A stretch of DNA of 62,420 bases, counting the filler, from Sphacelaria rigidula (taxonomy: Eukaryota), in the NCBI GenBank assembly GCA_964200075.2. It is 4 parts of 4 records of this genome, joined end to end, with 100 filler letters (N's around TTAATTAATTAA, not from the genome) between each part and the next. Parts side by side here need not be neighbours in the genome. Positions count along the whole stretch, not along the records: positions 15,634 to 31,163 come from CAXNAA020001709.1; positions 31,264 to 46,792 come from CAXNAA020001710.1; 2 more parts are not named here. One strand, written 5' to 3'. The notes below the pieces were generated by a model, which saw nothing but the letters and a program-made list of their open reading frames with translations, made no database searches and had not been told where the DNA came from. Of the stretch, positions 23,711 through 35,001 are shown in pieces. Positions within the stretch are counted from its first letter, which is position 1. Every line of letters starts with the position of its first letter. A program made the position numbers and the translations under genes.

Positions 23711-26484
23711 GGGACGCCATCAGAAATAGTTCTCAGCAGCAACAGTGTCGTCGCCCGCATCAGCGCCGACCCTCCAGGGGAGGAGCAGCATGGGGAAACA
23801 GCGCTCACAAATCTCTGCTCTCGGGGGGCGGCGTGATGAAGATGGCCGTCCTTGTGTCCGCGGGAATTGTCATGGCGATGACCTTGGGCACCGTCCGGGT
23901 GATGTGGAGGCGACATGGCGGAGGATCTTTTGAAGAGATCCCAGCGAAAGATGGCGAAGGATCTCTTGGACAGGTCCGGATGAAAGACGCCGAGGGATCT
24001 TTTGCGCGGAGAAAAGGCGGTCGTGAAAGATCTTTCGGGGAGACGCGGATAAAAGACGGCGGAGTATCTCCGGGAAAGACGGCGATGAAAGACGGCGGCG
24101 GGTCTGAAGAAGTCGTGGAAGCGGAAATATCGGAGTACGAGGTGTGAGAGTTGATTGATGGATTGATGGATCGATTGATTGTCGCACTGTGTGGCAGAAA
24201 TGAAATCAAGAAAGCTCGACGCAGTGTTATGCCGAAAAAAAAAAAAACATGATTCGGAACAGAACCCGACATATTTTCGCCCCGATACGCACGCACACAC
24301 AACGCAACCCCAGATTCAGCAACATGATGTTGTTGCCTATGGTCTACATGACATGCGGGCGACTTGTCAGCGCATAAAAGTGCCGACGGCACGTGCACGA
24401 CCGTGCCTTCTGAATTGAGCACCTCTACAGACGAAAGGAAAAATTGCACCGCACAGAATGTCATGATCCAGAATGTGTGCCAATACAGATCGATGTTTGT
24501 TTGACGGCGCAGAAGCTGCGTCGTAGGTCATGATGCGGAAGTGAGCGCACCCGCGTGTCAACATTTGCATCCACCGATGTCTCACGCAGTCTGGGCATAA
24601 CCCAAAATCCGTGTTCGATCTGTGCTTCATGCGTGCTTCCCATCACGTGCCGCCGAACAGCGTATGTGCTTTGTGTGTTGTGCTGCAACTCTGTGCCAAG
24701 TCTGAAGCCTGATGGTGTGGACACGGTGGAGAAATCCACAAACAAAGGAACGGTTCGAAAGTGGAAAATAACTTAAAATGCAGTACTGAACCGTCGAAAG
24801 ATACACGAGGTGCAGTTACGCCGCATATCACAGATGCGGTGAGTTACCACCGTCCTCTTTGCACCCCCTTCGTTCACCCGCCATCCAGTACGATGGCAAC
24901 TGGTGCGGGGGCCGCGAACGCGTCGGGTCTTGGGTGCGATAGCTCACCCTCCGATGGTTCCTCGTGCCAATGGTGTGTAGAGCAAGAAGCACTGCGGGCT
25001 GAGGTATCGCGAAGATGCGGAGCTGCACCCCAGTGTGGGTATGAGTCCCCGCCAAATATTCAGTCGATGTCGTCACAAAGGTCGGGTTTAAGAAACGCCT
25101 CTTTGTCGCATTCCTTTGTCGTACCCACGGAAAAAGAAGTATCTCGGTGGAAATCGCCTGTTTCACCCTCTCAAATTATCCCGAGCATGACGTTTAGGCG
25201 GAGGTCGACACCTCGGAACGATCGTATCTCTTTGGTGATACTGTTCCGCAGCGATTTTCCCGTTCAAGGGTTATGTCACGGTTCTAGTCGCGGGCGACTT
25301 GCTATCTCAGCAAGAAGTAGTCAACCCAATAAATAACATACATGAAGCAAAAAACAAATCGATCTTGCTTTCAGCAAAAAAAACGAAGTGTTTCGAACAA
25401 CTTGATCGTTTGTTACTGGAATTGAAACTCCGGCCGTGAATGAAACTGTCGCGTACACGATACGCGAAGGTGCTCAGGTGTTCATTTTTCTTGTTACGTG
25501 ACCGCCCCTGTTATGGACGGTGCGGGTTCGGCAGGACTTTCGGCGGGCTTTGTGAAAAATATAACGTGTGTCGGAAATTGCAGTTCCGCAATAACTAAAA
25601 CACGTACATGGAGCAACCCCGGCGAAAAACAGTCATCGCGTATTTTTTTCCAGACGATACCAGCCCCGTTATAGTCGGGGCCTTCACTGCATACATCCAC
25701 GAAATTCACGCCGAAGACAAGATGAAGCCCAAAAAATCCCATGATATGACATCGAAAGAGGTCACGTCAATGATACTTTTTTGGGGGGAAGGAGAACGCA
25801 TGACTCTCGCAATCTAGCGCCGAATGTTTTTGCTATTTCCAGAGAGTAACATATTGGAGGAGCCTGCACAAGTACCGGTATCCCTTGCAGAACGCACAAT
25901 GTCCGTAGGAAGAACATCCGCCCTCAACACTCAATACCCTGATGGTATGACCACTGCATCCTTCGCAGCGGCGGACGGCTCAGGCAGCAAGATAGTTCGG
26001 GAAAATGTCGACCACCCACATCGATACGCACGATGCGCCGGCATCGTCCGATACCCAAGAAATCTTCGGACTTCCTATGGTGAAAAAAACGAGAGCAAAT
26101 CGCACCCGTTGACCCCTCCACCGCCGCCGCCGCGGGCACATCTGCAGATATTGCACGGAGATGTCAAGCGCGTAAGGTGAAGGACAACCGATCCTTTATT
26201 GAGCCCACATTACATCCTACGGTATACATGGTCTCCATCCATCCGCGATGCAGCCCGTGGCAGCCTCACGGTCTGGGTTCGCCGCTGTTGATGCACCTGA
26301 GGCGAAATGTAGCGCACACGATGATGAATAGACGTAGAGAGGGTCAGCGAGCCTCAGTCGTGTTCTTTTCGACCCCGGGGGGGGGGGGTATACCTCACGA
26401 TACCACGGGAAATGGGACGGCGTCGCCGCACAGCATGACCGATCGGCATAAGTCGGATGCAGCATGCTCGCGATACTCCCACGA
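23711..26484 (+). pseudogene. Multi-exon pseudogene: TM segment, ~12-13-aa repeats and Cys-rich exons
   Basis: CAG/GT-bounded blocks: ~23711-24141 (hydrophobic MAVLVSAGIVMAMTLGTVRVMW, then KDG(E/G)GS-type repeats), ~24314-24500, ~24834-25038 (YDGNWCGG, CQWC..C..C), ~25654-25760, ~25890-26079, ~26434-26484. Stops and frameshifts present. Confidence 0.35.
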
Positions 26485-26780
26485 GGTCTGTTTTCCCGTT
26501 GCTCATTCATTCACCGACGGCCAGCTTCCAATACCATGTACGACAGCCACATTGTGCTCCCCTTATCCAACAAAATCACAGATCGCAACATTAAAATTAC
26601 TGCAACCCCACCGCAGCCCCATCCACCCAACATCATATAAAATAGAAGAAGAATTCTCCGAGATTGCGGTCGATGTACGGGCCTGGGGATAATAATAAAT
26701 GAGGGGGGACAGAGGCACATGGCTAATGACGCGAACCTGCCTCGCCGAAGCTCTTGGTATCATACCTGTGCGTTGACCAC

Positions 26781-27790
26781 TCACTCTCTCACACAGTTCA
26801 TCCCGTCCAAGTATAATTCCAGCACGTCCTCGCCCGTGTCTCCGTACGAAGCATATGACTCCTCCGATGACGTGCTGCTACGGCACTCGCAGTCTTCATC
26901 CGAGGTCGCCTTTGCTTCGTCGCCGCTGTCACCCCCGGGATCCACTTCGTTGGCCGTCACCAATTCCAACCCTTCGCTCACCGGTACGTTTTGCGCGTCG
27001 ATATCCGGATCGCACCGCCGGTTGCACCCACACAGTATGGGATGGCAATCCTTCCCAAGCTTCGCGCATTTGCAGTTGCGTTGTGTGTTTCTCGGCCACC
27101 AATGAGTTACGCCCGCACAGAAAGCGATTGATCCTCCCCGTGGGGTCGATGCGCGCGTGTTCCTATAAGTTGACAACAACATTGGCCTTCGTCATAGGCG
27201 TTTGCGCGTTTTCAGACGTCGTACCCCAAACGCGATTGTTGAACTCCGCGTGCGCCATGGACTCCTCCATACCCCCCATCCAATATTACAACACAGCTGC
27301 AGCTCGCTGCGCTTGGAAGCGAAGCGCATCCGCGGGCGGCACGAGGTCTGTTGGCCTCCTGCCGCCCAACTTCCACCTCAAAAATCTCACCCAATTCACG
27401 GAGAGTGTCACTTTGCCCCCGCCGCCAGTTTGTGGAGGATATACTCCGCGCTGGTGCCGGGCGTTGAGACTCTGATTGCTTCTTATAAAAGAAAGCGACC
27501 CCCCAGAAACTTCACGACTTCCTCCTCGTCTACAGACACCACCTGGCCTTCAGTCCTCACCAGGGGCCTCGGGAAAAGACCCAGCACGCGCAGGCCTGTA
27601 AGGAGCGCGTTCCACATAGAGGGGAAAGGTAGCCCGTGGAAACAAGGTAGAAAATCACAGCTGCTCAGCAAGTACACCAGCACAAACAGGGCGACCCTCG
27701 TGCGGGGAGAGTCCTTAACCCACGCTGCGGTCCCTTCCCACGCGCCGTAAGGGCCGTCTTGGAGTTCAATGATCGATTCGTACACACGGT
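26781..27790 (-). pseudogene. Remnant of an H3TH (FEN1/XPG/PIN-like) nuclease + CXC-domain protein, probably TE-associated
   Basis: LVYLLSSCDFLPCFHGL (~27630-27680) resembles the H3TH 'L.GCD...F.G' motif. It is followed by LVPPADALRFQAQRAAAVL*YW (~27280-27345), then NCKCAKLGKDCHPILCGCNRRC (~27015-27080) and an acidic tail. Confidence 0.6.
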
Positions 27791-28836
27791 TTACGTTCAG
27801 GTCATCTGTCGAATCGGCATCCATCTCGCCTCAAATATCAATGCATAACCCAGGTGATCTACATTATCCTCGCGGTGAAGGGGTTGACGTACCCCCCTCT
27901 CACGAATCAATGTCCTTCCATAACCGTTGAAAAAGAAAAGGAAGGATTTGAGTGAAGCTTTTACTTTTCATACCATATCGTCTACGCCGACACCTCTGTT
28001 GACATATTGGTCTCGAGAATTGGACCAGCACTGTCGCAGACTCGCCATAAGTGGCTATTTGGTGTACCGGTTTTCTCGCTCATCGTCGCCGTCTTTTCAG
28101 CTATGATGTTGCGGAACTTGACAGTGGAGATATATGCCAATGCATCGAAATACTCCACGAGGAACAATTATGTGCTCTGCTGCCGCTTCATGTCAATTTG
28201 CTCACCTTTTCACAGGTTGTGGCAGGCTTTGACGCATTGTCAGAACAGTTTATATATACATATATCATTCTTATTCCGTAGTTTGTCCGCATTCCGAGTA
28301 CCTGGACGCAGGTGCAACAATCACGGGGCCTGACAGCGCAGCATTCCTCCGATTTCCGACGCACCAGCGGCCAGTATTATTCCGTTCATTCTCTCCCGTG
28401 TTTTGGGGGGGAATTTGCCCTATATCCACACCTTCCCGTTTCCATTCGCGGAATTTGCCCGTTTCTCCGCGAAATTTACTCTGGGACCAGTGACTTCCCC
28501 AGCCACCAAAATCTGACGTTTCCCTACTCGGAATTACCGCAAGCTGTTTCCGTGGCACTTTTCACTTTACTCTCCTCCTGGCAATTCAACGCGCGGAACC
28601 TCCAACATCAGTGGCGCGCCGAGCCGTTAGACGTTTCCCTCATGAAAACCTAACGCACCTTATTTCCCCGGAACCAGTGACCTACTTTCCCCCCGTCAAC
28701 GCAACGGAACCTCATTGTCTCTCCGGTACCAGTGACGTTCTCAGCCGTTTGACGCAGTGGCTTTGGCGCTGGTCAGTTTCACCAGTCAATCCGGAATCTG
28801 TCAGTGTGGCTTCTCGGCTTTTGCGTAGTCGAGTTG

Positions 28837-29530
28837 CCGTGGTCGGCGGAAGTGCCCGACGCCGGGCACGTTGACAACAATTTCTTCTGCACATCTTATC
28901 AGTCGCCTGCCTGCTGTGCTGTGTACGGCTGTATATGACTCATGGTGAACAACCGCCGCGGTCAAACGATTGATTCTTTGACGGCGAGAGTAGTCATCTG
29001 CTGAATCGGCATCAATTTGACCTGAAAATGTATGCTTGATTCCGTTGACCGATCCTTGCAGTCAAACGGTCAACCCTTTGACCACGAGGGTAGGTCACCA
29101 GCTGAATCGGCATCAATTTCACTGGGAAAAGTATGCGTAATCCAGATGAACGACCGGCATCGCGGTCTGAGGGTCAACCCTTTGACCGTAGTCAGATAGC
29201 CGTGGTCGGCGGTGATGCGCGACGCCAGGCATGTTGACAACGATTTATTCTGCACACCATGTCAGTCACTTACTTGCTGTACGGCTTTGTATGGCTCTAT
29301 GACCCATGGTGAATAACCGCCGCGGTCACACGGATAACCCTCTGACGGCGAGAGTAGATCCTCTGTTGAATTGGCATCAATCTCACCTGAAAAAGTATGC
29401 TTGATTCCGATAACCGACCCGGTCACCTGCTGAATCGGCATCAATTTCACTGGGGAAAGTATGCGTGATCCAGATGGGCTACCCGCATCGGGGTCAGAGG
29501 GTTAACCCTTTATCCGCGAGGGTAGGCCAT
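28837..29530 (+). repeat. Two diverged ~360-bp tandem units with internal GCTGAATCGGCATCAATT and AACCCTTTGACC motifs
   Basis: CCGTGGTCGGCGG...GTTGACAAC...CATGGTGAA.AACCGCCGCGGTCA...TGACGGCGAGAGTAG recurs at ~28837 and ~29200. Confidence 0.8.
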
Positions 29531-29607
29531 CTGGGCCATTGGCGATTCATTAGATGATATCTTATATATGGTGGCGGTCAAAGGGTTAGACTATTTCGCA
29601 TCATTAA

Positions 29608-29769
29608 CCCTTTGGGGACCGGATTCCCAGAAGCATGCGGTTTGCACGCAGCGACCTTCTTGTGAATCAGCACCATTTTTACTTGAAAACGAGTGAAAAT
29701 GATGCCGGTTCACAAAAAGGCCCCTGAGTGCAAACTATTCATGTTTCTGGGAATCTGGTCCCAAAATAG
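29608..29769. mobile_element. piggyBac-like foldback MITE (162 bp) with TTAA TSD
   Basis: TTAA|CCCTTTGGGGACCGGATTCCCAGAAGCATG ... CATGTTTCTGGGAATCTGGTCCCAAAATAG|TTAA; the interior is also self-complementary. Confidence 0.8.
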
Positions 29770-30194
29770 TTAATTAACACGACACATTCACCAGCACAAT
29801 ATATCCACGCATCTATATCCGAGCGCACCGACTAACCCTTGGCCACCACGCTCTTGGGGACAGTACAAGAATCGTTCAGTGAGGCGAAGCAAAAATGGCA
29901 CAGTACTCCAGTACACACGCAGTTGCAAACAGTGTAGTGGTACACTGTGTTCGAACATCAATTGCCAAAAAATGGAATCTGTCGCGTTGAATTAAATTAT
30001 CTAATCCACCAGTCGTTTTCTGCGTCACGGAGAGCATTTTGTTTTTTCAACTACCCGGAAGCAGCTGTGACTTGGTGCCGAACACATGGGGCAAACCTTT
30101 CGATATATGTACGAGCAGTTCAGCCACGAACCAAAGCTTGAAAGGATTCGCTCAACCCTTTGACCGCGAGGGTAGGTGCGTCATCTGGCTATGA

Positions 30195-30592
30195 TAACAT
30201 GTTTGCGACATTCAGAACGGGTTTTGCTTTCGGAACGGGAGGTTTTTCGTTATTTATAACAAGGCGGTCTAACCGCCCGGAACGGCCTTCACCCCCCTGA
30301 AGGCCCGTGATCTGAAGGGAATTCAGCGCAATCAGATTTAAAATCGCGGTGGCGCCTTGCATGAGATACGGCTAAAAATGTGCATTTGTTTTCCCCCGTA
30401 ATTTGGACACGTTCTTCCTTATAACTCTGTACTGACAAGGTCTATTTAAAATATTCTTGCACCACAATTTCCATCAGATTACAGGCTTTCAGGGGGGTGA
30501 AGGCCGTTTCGGACGATTCGACCGCGTTGGTGTAAATCACGAAAAACCTTCCGTTCCGAAGAAGAAAATTCCTGATACCACAAACATATTGT
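30195..30592. mobile_element. ~400-bp foldback element/MITE with >100-bp imperfect TIRs
   Basis: TTCGGAACGGGAGGTTTTTCG...ACGGCCTTCACCCCCCTGAA versus TTCAGGGGGGTGAAGGCCGT...CGAAAAACCTTCCGTTCCGAA. Confidence 0.8.
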
Positions 30593-31163
30593 TTTATGTG
30601 TTCATTACGTATCTATACTCGTGGTGAAAGGTTTGATATTGGAAACAGGTGGAGTGCTGTAGATCGTTGTACTGTTACTCGTGACAACGTTTGGCGTATT
30701 TTTTTCTCTGAAGATGGAGAAAATGCTTTGCGGAACTTCTACTCGGTGGTGGTGTTTGCTTCCGTCTCAGATGCTATTGGCCGTTTGTTTGGATGATGGG
30801 TGTTCTTGCGGGATTTGCATCGTGTTTTGGCTCCGAAGAAACATTCGTGATACAAGAAGACCTACTACCTGCACTGTATCGGCATGTAGCTGATGTGCGG
30901 CAAGAATGGGTCACAAAATCGTCGCGCGAAAATTCAAGTGAAATTTTATCAGGGGTATGAACACAATTTCTCCAAAAAAGTCCAACGTAGTACTAATACA
31001 AATTGTTATAACGTTTTCGTGAGATTCAGAGTAGAGTGCTGATTGAGAGTGGCTTTGATCATTCGCTGTAACTTAGCCAATTTTTTATTCCGCGTGTGTT
31101 TTTCTTTGCCTCCATCATTGGCGTGTGCTTACAGCTACTCGTCGATATCCCACTCAGGGATAT

Positions 31164-31263
31164 NNNNNNNNNNNNNNNNNNNNNNNNNNNNNNNNNNNNN
31201 NNNNNNNTTAATTAATTAANNNNNNNNNNNNNNNNNNNNNNNNNNNNNNNNNNNNNNNNNNNN
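31164..31263. other. Artificial contig spacer N44-TTAATTAATTAA-N44
   Basis: Same 100-nt spacer. Confidence 0.98.
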
Positions 31264-31730
31264 GCCGTTGGGATATTTTGGGTAGAACCAACGTGCAGAA
31301 CCAACTTAGTGAAAGCACAAAAACACTCCGGGGTCGCCGGGGTCATTCAGACTGACAGCAGAACAATAGCCCGGTGATCTGCAAATAATTCTCCGAGAAT
31401 CCGATAAGTAAAGAGGTACGAAACGCATGACAACCGACAGAAATTGATTTATTTCCTGATAACCATTGTTTACGTACAAATCCTCAGCCCTACTGCAAAA
31501 ACCTTCCCCCCCGACCACTGGGAACCCCTGGATGCCTCGGGACTGTCCGCCTGTACAACTGTTCCGAGGCGACGCTCGTCGTCTAAGGGCTTCTCTCACG
31601 CGACCGCTGCGTTCTGCCATGGATCCTTCCCCACATACCCGACAAGTGGGCAACATCCCGATACAGACAGTATGTATGTGTTTGTCGTTGTTTTGTTGTT
31701 ACTAATGTTGTTGCTTGTTCTTGCTGTTGT

Positions 31731-31771
<41 letters not shown>

Positions 31772-31772
31772 G
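31731..31772 (+). repeat. (TTG)n microsatellite
   Basis: Seen directly; degenerate TTG-rich flanks. Confidence 0.95.
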
Positions 31773-32340
31773 GTTTTGTTGTTATCGTTGCTCCCTTTCT
31801 TTCCTTTCTGAGGCCGTTGCTTCTGGCTTTTTCTGTTCCGTTTTTTCTTTTTCTTTTCAGTTTTTTTTTGCTGCTCCTGACCACGGGCTGGATAGTTGCA
31901 ATCAGCTAATGTGAGATAATCAATCAACCAACCAACCAATCAATCAATAATATATCACGAAGACGCATATTAGCCTGTTTTCATGCCGCTTCAGACCCGT
32001 TGTCTAGTCTGAATATTTGCTTTCTGGTATCCCGGTGTCCTAGACTGCAGGCCTGTTCAGAGGTGGTCTGGTACGAGAGTGACCTTGTATATTGCAGAGG
32101 TGATGTCTGCTTTGTTCGTCCCAGCACGAACAAAGCTCCCACCCTCTGACACTACCATCTTCTACCGTTCTCCAGCAAAAGAAGTCTAAACATCGGTGCG
32201 ACTGATTGACTGAGCGTGAGGTTGGGTTGACTGGTTGGATACGGGAAGCTAGAGATGAGATAATAAAGAAGAAGAGAACTGCGCGTGAGATCTTATCCTG
32301 ACACGCTGTGTGAGGAGCTGTGCCGGACTGATCCGTCTAT

Positions 32341-32597
32341 GAGTGATGCTGCGATAGGGTCAGCACTTATACGGCCTGAGAGTAGAATTGTTAGGAACCC
32401 TTTATCTCATCCAAACCACGACTTTCGAAATAGGTGAGAGTACGCCAGGGTTTTTCTTCCAATTTGTGAGGGATATCCCGAATGAATTTGCAAACGGGGA
32501 TATCCTGACCCATATTCTTGTGTAGTTCCTAATTTCAGGAACCCCTGAATCAGGCCGGTTTTGGCCCAAAAGGGGAGACCCTATCGCAGCATCACTC
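32341..32597. mobile_element. Sola2-like MITE (257 bp) with perfect 21-bp TIRs and 4-bp TSD CTAT
   Basis: CTAT|GAGTGATGCTGCGATAGGGTC ... GACCCTATCGCAGCATCACTC|CTAT; absent from Gypsy copy 2. Confidence 0.92.
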
Positions 32598-33063
32598 CTA
32601 TCGTTCACTTGTCTTGTAAGCCTGTGCTTGGATTGTAAGCCTGTGCCTTGCTGTAACAGTGCCTCATCCTCATTGCATTTGGCGTTTGACTATGGAGCTT
32701 CATATTTTGCAATTGCGTTTCCCTTCTTGACATCGATCTGCATCCCTACTTGTCGAGCTGCACGCGCGCAGCTTTTCTGACCAAATTTTTTCCCCTCGTG
32801 TTTTTGTTTGGTCTAGGTACAGAAAGTAGTCAAATCTATCGCTTCTAGCTCTTTGCGGCTTTTTTTTATATTCAGCTCTTAAGCTGCTGTATTACAGTAA
32901 AGCTTCTGCCCTGTGTGTCCCCTCGTACATAGTACTCGTTACTTGCAGCTCTTGCTGCCTGCTGCTTGCTGCAGCGCTTGACTGCACACCTTGTGCCACG
33001 TTGGGTCAATGCGAATCGCACGCAAGTCTCGCTGCTGTGTTTCTTGTGTCTTTTTGTGACATA

Positions 33064-33667
33064 TGTTGAAACAATTCGTGTTCGTAGCACTGTCCTTACG
33101 ACAGGCCAACGATCGTTCAGCAAACAGTAGTACACAGGTTGCACCGGGGTTGATTAGACCACTTTCTTCCGCAGCTTCAGAATATAATCAGTGAGACAAA
33201 TGGTTGATTGGGCTCTTTATTCGGCCAAGAAAAGCAGAACTCGCAGTTTCCTCTCAGGACGGAGAACTGATGGTGTAGTAAAAGGAGAGTGATCATCGAG
33301 GGCAGTGAGAACCACCGACTACAATTGCTCAATCCTTGGAACAAAAAACAAAGCTCTACACGTACGTAGACTAAAACGCGTCCTTGACACTGACGGGGTG
33401 GTTTGCCAGCTCATAGACTGGATTCTTACTCAAGCTACGACACTCAAAAACAATGGCAGCACACTGCCTTATTCTACGAGCTTACGTGGCAAGTCTGACA
33501 GGATATTGAACTCAAGTGTCCATATAAAAACAGTACTTGAACCCTTGGCCAATATTGGGTGGCTCCTAGTTGAACCAGAGCATATTGTCCCGCAAAATTG
33601 GCTACAGAGTAAAACCTCACACACAGAAGATAAACAGCTAGATTGCTGGCTGTATAAATTTCCAACA
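33064..33667. mobile_element. Solo LTR (604 bp) of a second LTR family with 5-bp TSD ACATA
   Basis: ACATA|TGTTGAAA ... TTTCCAACA|ACATA; absent at the equivalent site of copy 2; homologous to 46893-47084. Confidence 0.92.
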
Positions 33668-35001
33668 ACATATACACCTGCACGTTGCACTGTGGTACGT
33701 CCCACATCCAAAATGCAACATCCCCTTGTGATTCAGTACAGCACGATCACACGCCCAGCCAACCCTGGCTCGCGTATTTGGTCTTGTTGCCCCCTTCTAC
33801 CTGTCAGGGCAGGTCTTCTACTACAGGTTTGTTACAGACCGCCAGTGCACAGGGTGCACTATTGCCCATAATCAGCCCCTGTTCCTGACCTGAGCTCCTT
33901 GCCAAGTCAACAATCTGCCGTTTCCATATTTCAGTATCGGATACACGGCTGTTGCATCTTTTGTTCACGGGTCGCTGAGCAACACAACCCGTACTCCCAA
34001 AACAGGTGACAACGGACATCTGCACACGAGATTTGTAACCGTTCCAGCACTTTCGCTGCGTCGCGATCTACGTCACTCGTAGCTACTTTGTTGTTGCTCT
34101 TCTCTTCTGGTGTGCTTCGCACAGCTGTAGAGCAGCACTGTACATCACCGCGGTAAGTAACAATACACAGCACAACGGACTGTGACGTCTTTCTCATTGA
34201 CCCCCCTCTCGGCAAGATAATAGTTAATTGTTCCGAGATAGTTTCGTCACGATAACACTCGTTTGTAACATTCCAGACCTACGTTACGTGCTCACTTGGA
34301 GACGGCACTCGAAACCAGTGCCCCTTGCCTGTGTACTACGTTTCCCGGCACCCGTCCTCAGCGTTGCCCCTGCTGCGCACAACTTCAACTTTGTTTAATA
34401 TACGGACGTTGTCCCAACTTCATTGTGTAGCAAGCTTTTGCCCTGCACTACGCAGTCCGATCTTGCGGTCAAGATCCCAAGTTTTGGAGAAGCTTCTGTG
34501 CTGCCCTACGCAGCACGACCATTCGGTGCTCACTTAAATTTTTCAGTGAACACCGCCAGTTGTTTCTCAGCTTGTGCCGGGATAATACAGTTATAGTCTG
34601 TCCTTGACGCCACAACCGGAACACGTGTGAGTTGTACTACTTTCACGTACCAACGCTGCTACAGGCAATTGGATTTTCGCCTTCTTCGACGCCGAACGTC
34701 TGTTCTGTGCGCTATCCCGAGCTTCCGTCGATAGCTATTACCGCCAAAACTTAGGTAGTTGTATTGACCAGACCCCCGACATTGTTGTTGCATACAATAA
34801 TTAGCTTGAATAATAATCCTCGAGTTCATCAGGTTCCCAAGGTCCCCCCAGGCGCTATTAGGCTTCATTTTCACGTATTTCCGGATACAAGCTTCGGCCG
34901 TTGCACTTAGAATTTCTTGGTGTCGCGCTCCTTTGATTAGAGCCCGGCGACCAGACACACTGCCCGTGCATTTTTAAGCACAAAATTTGCGTACGACCAT
35001 C

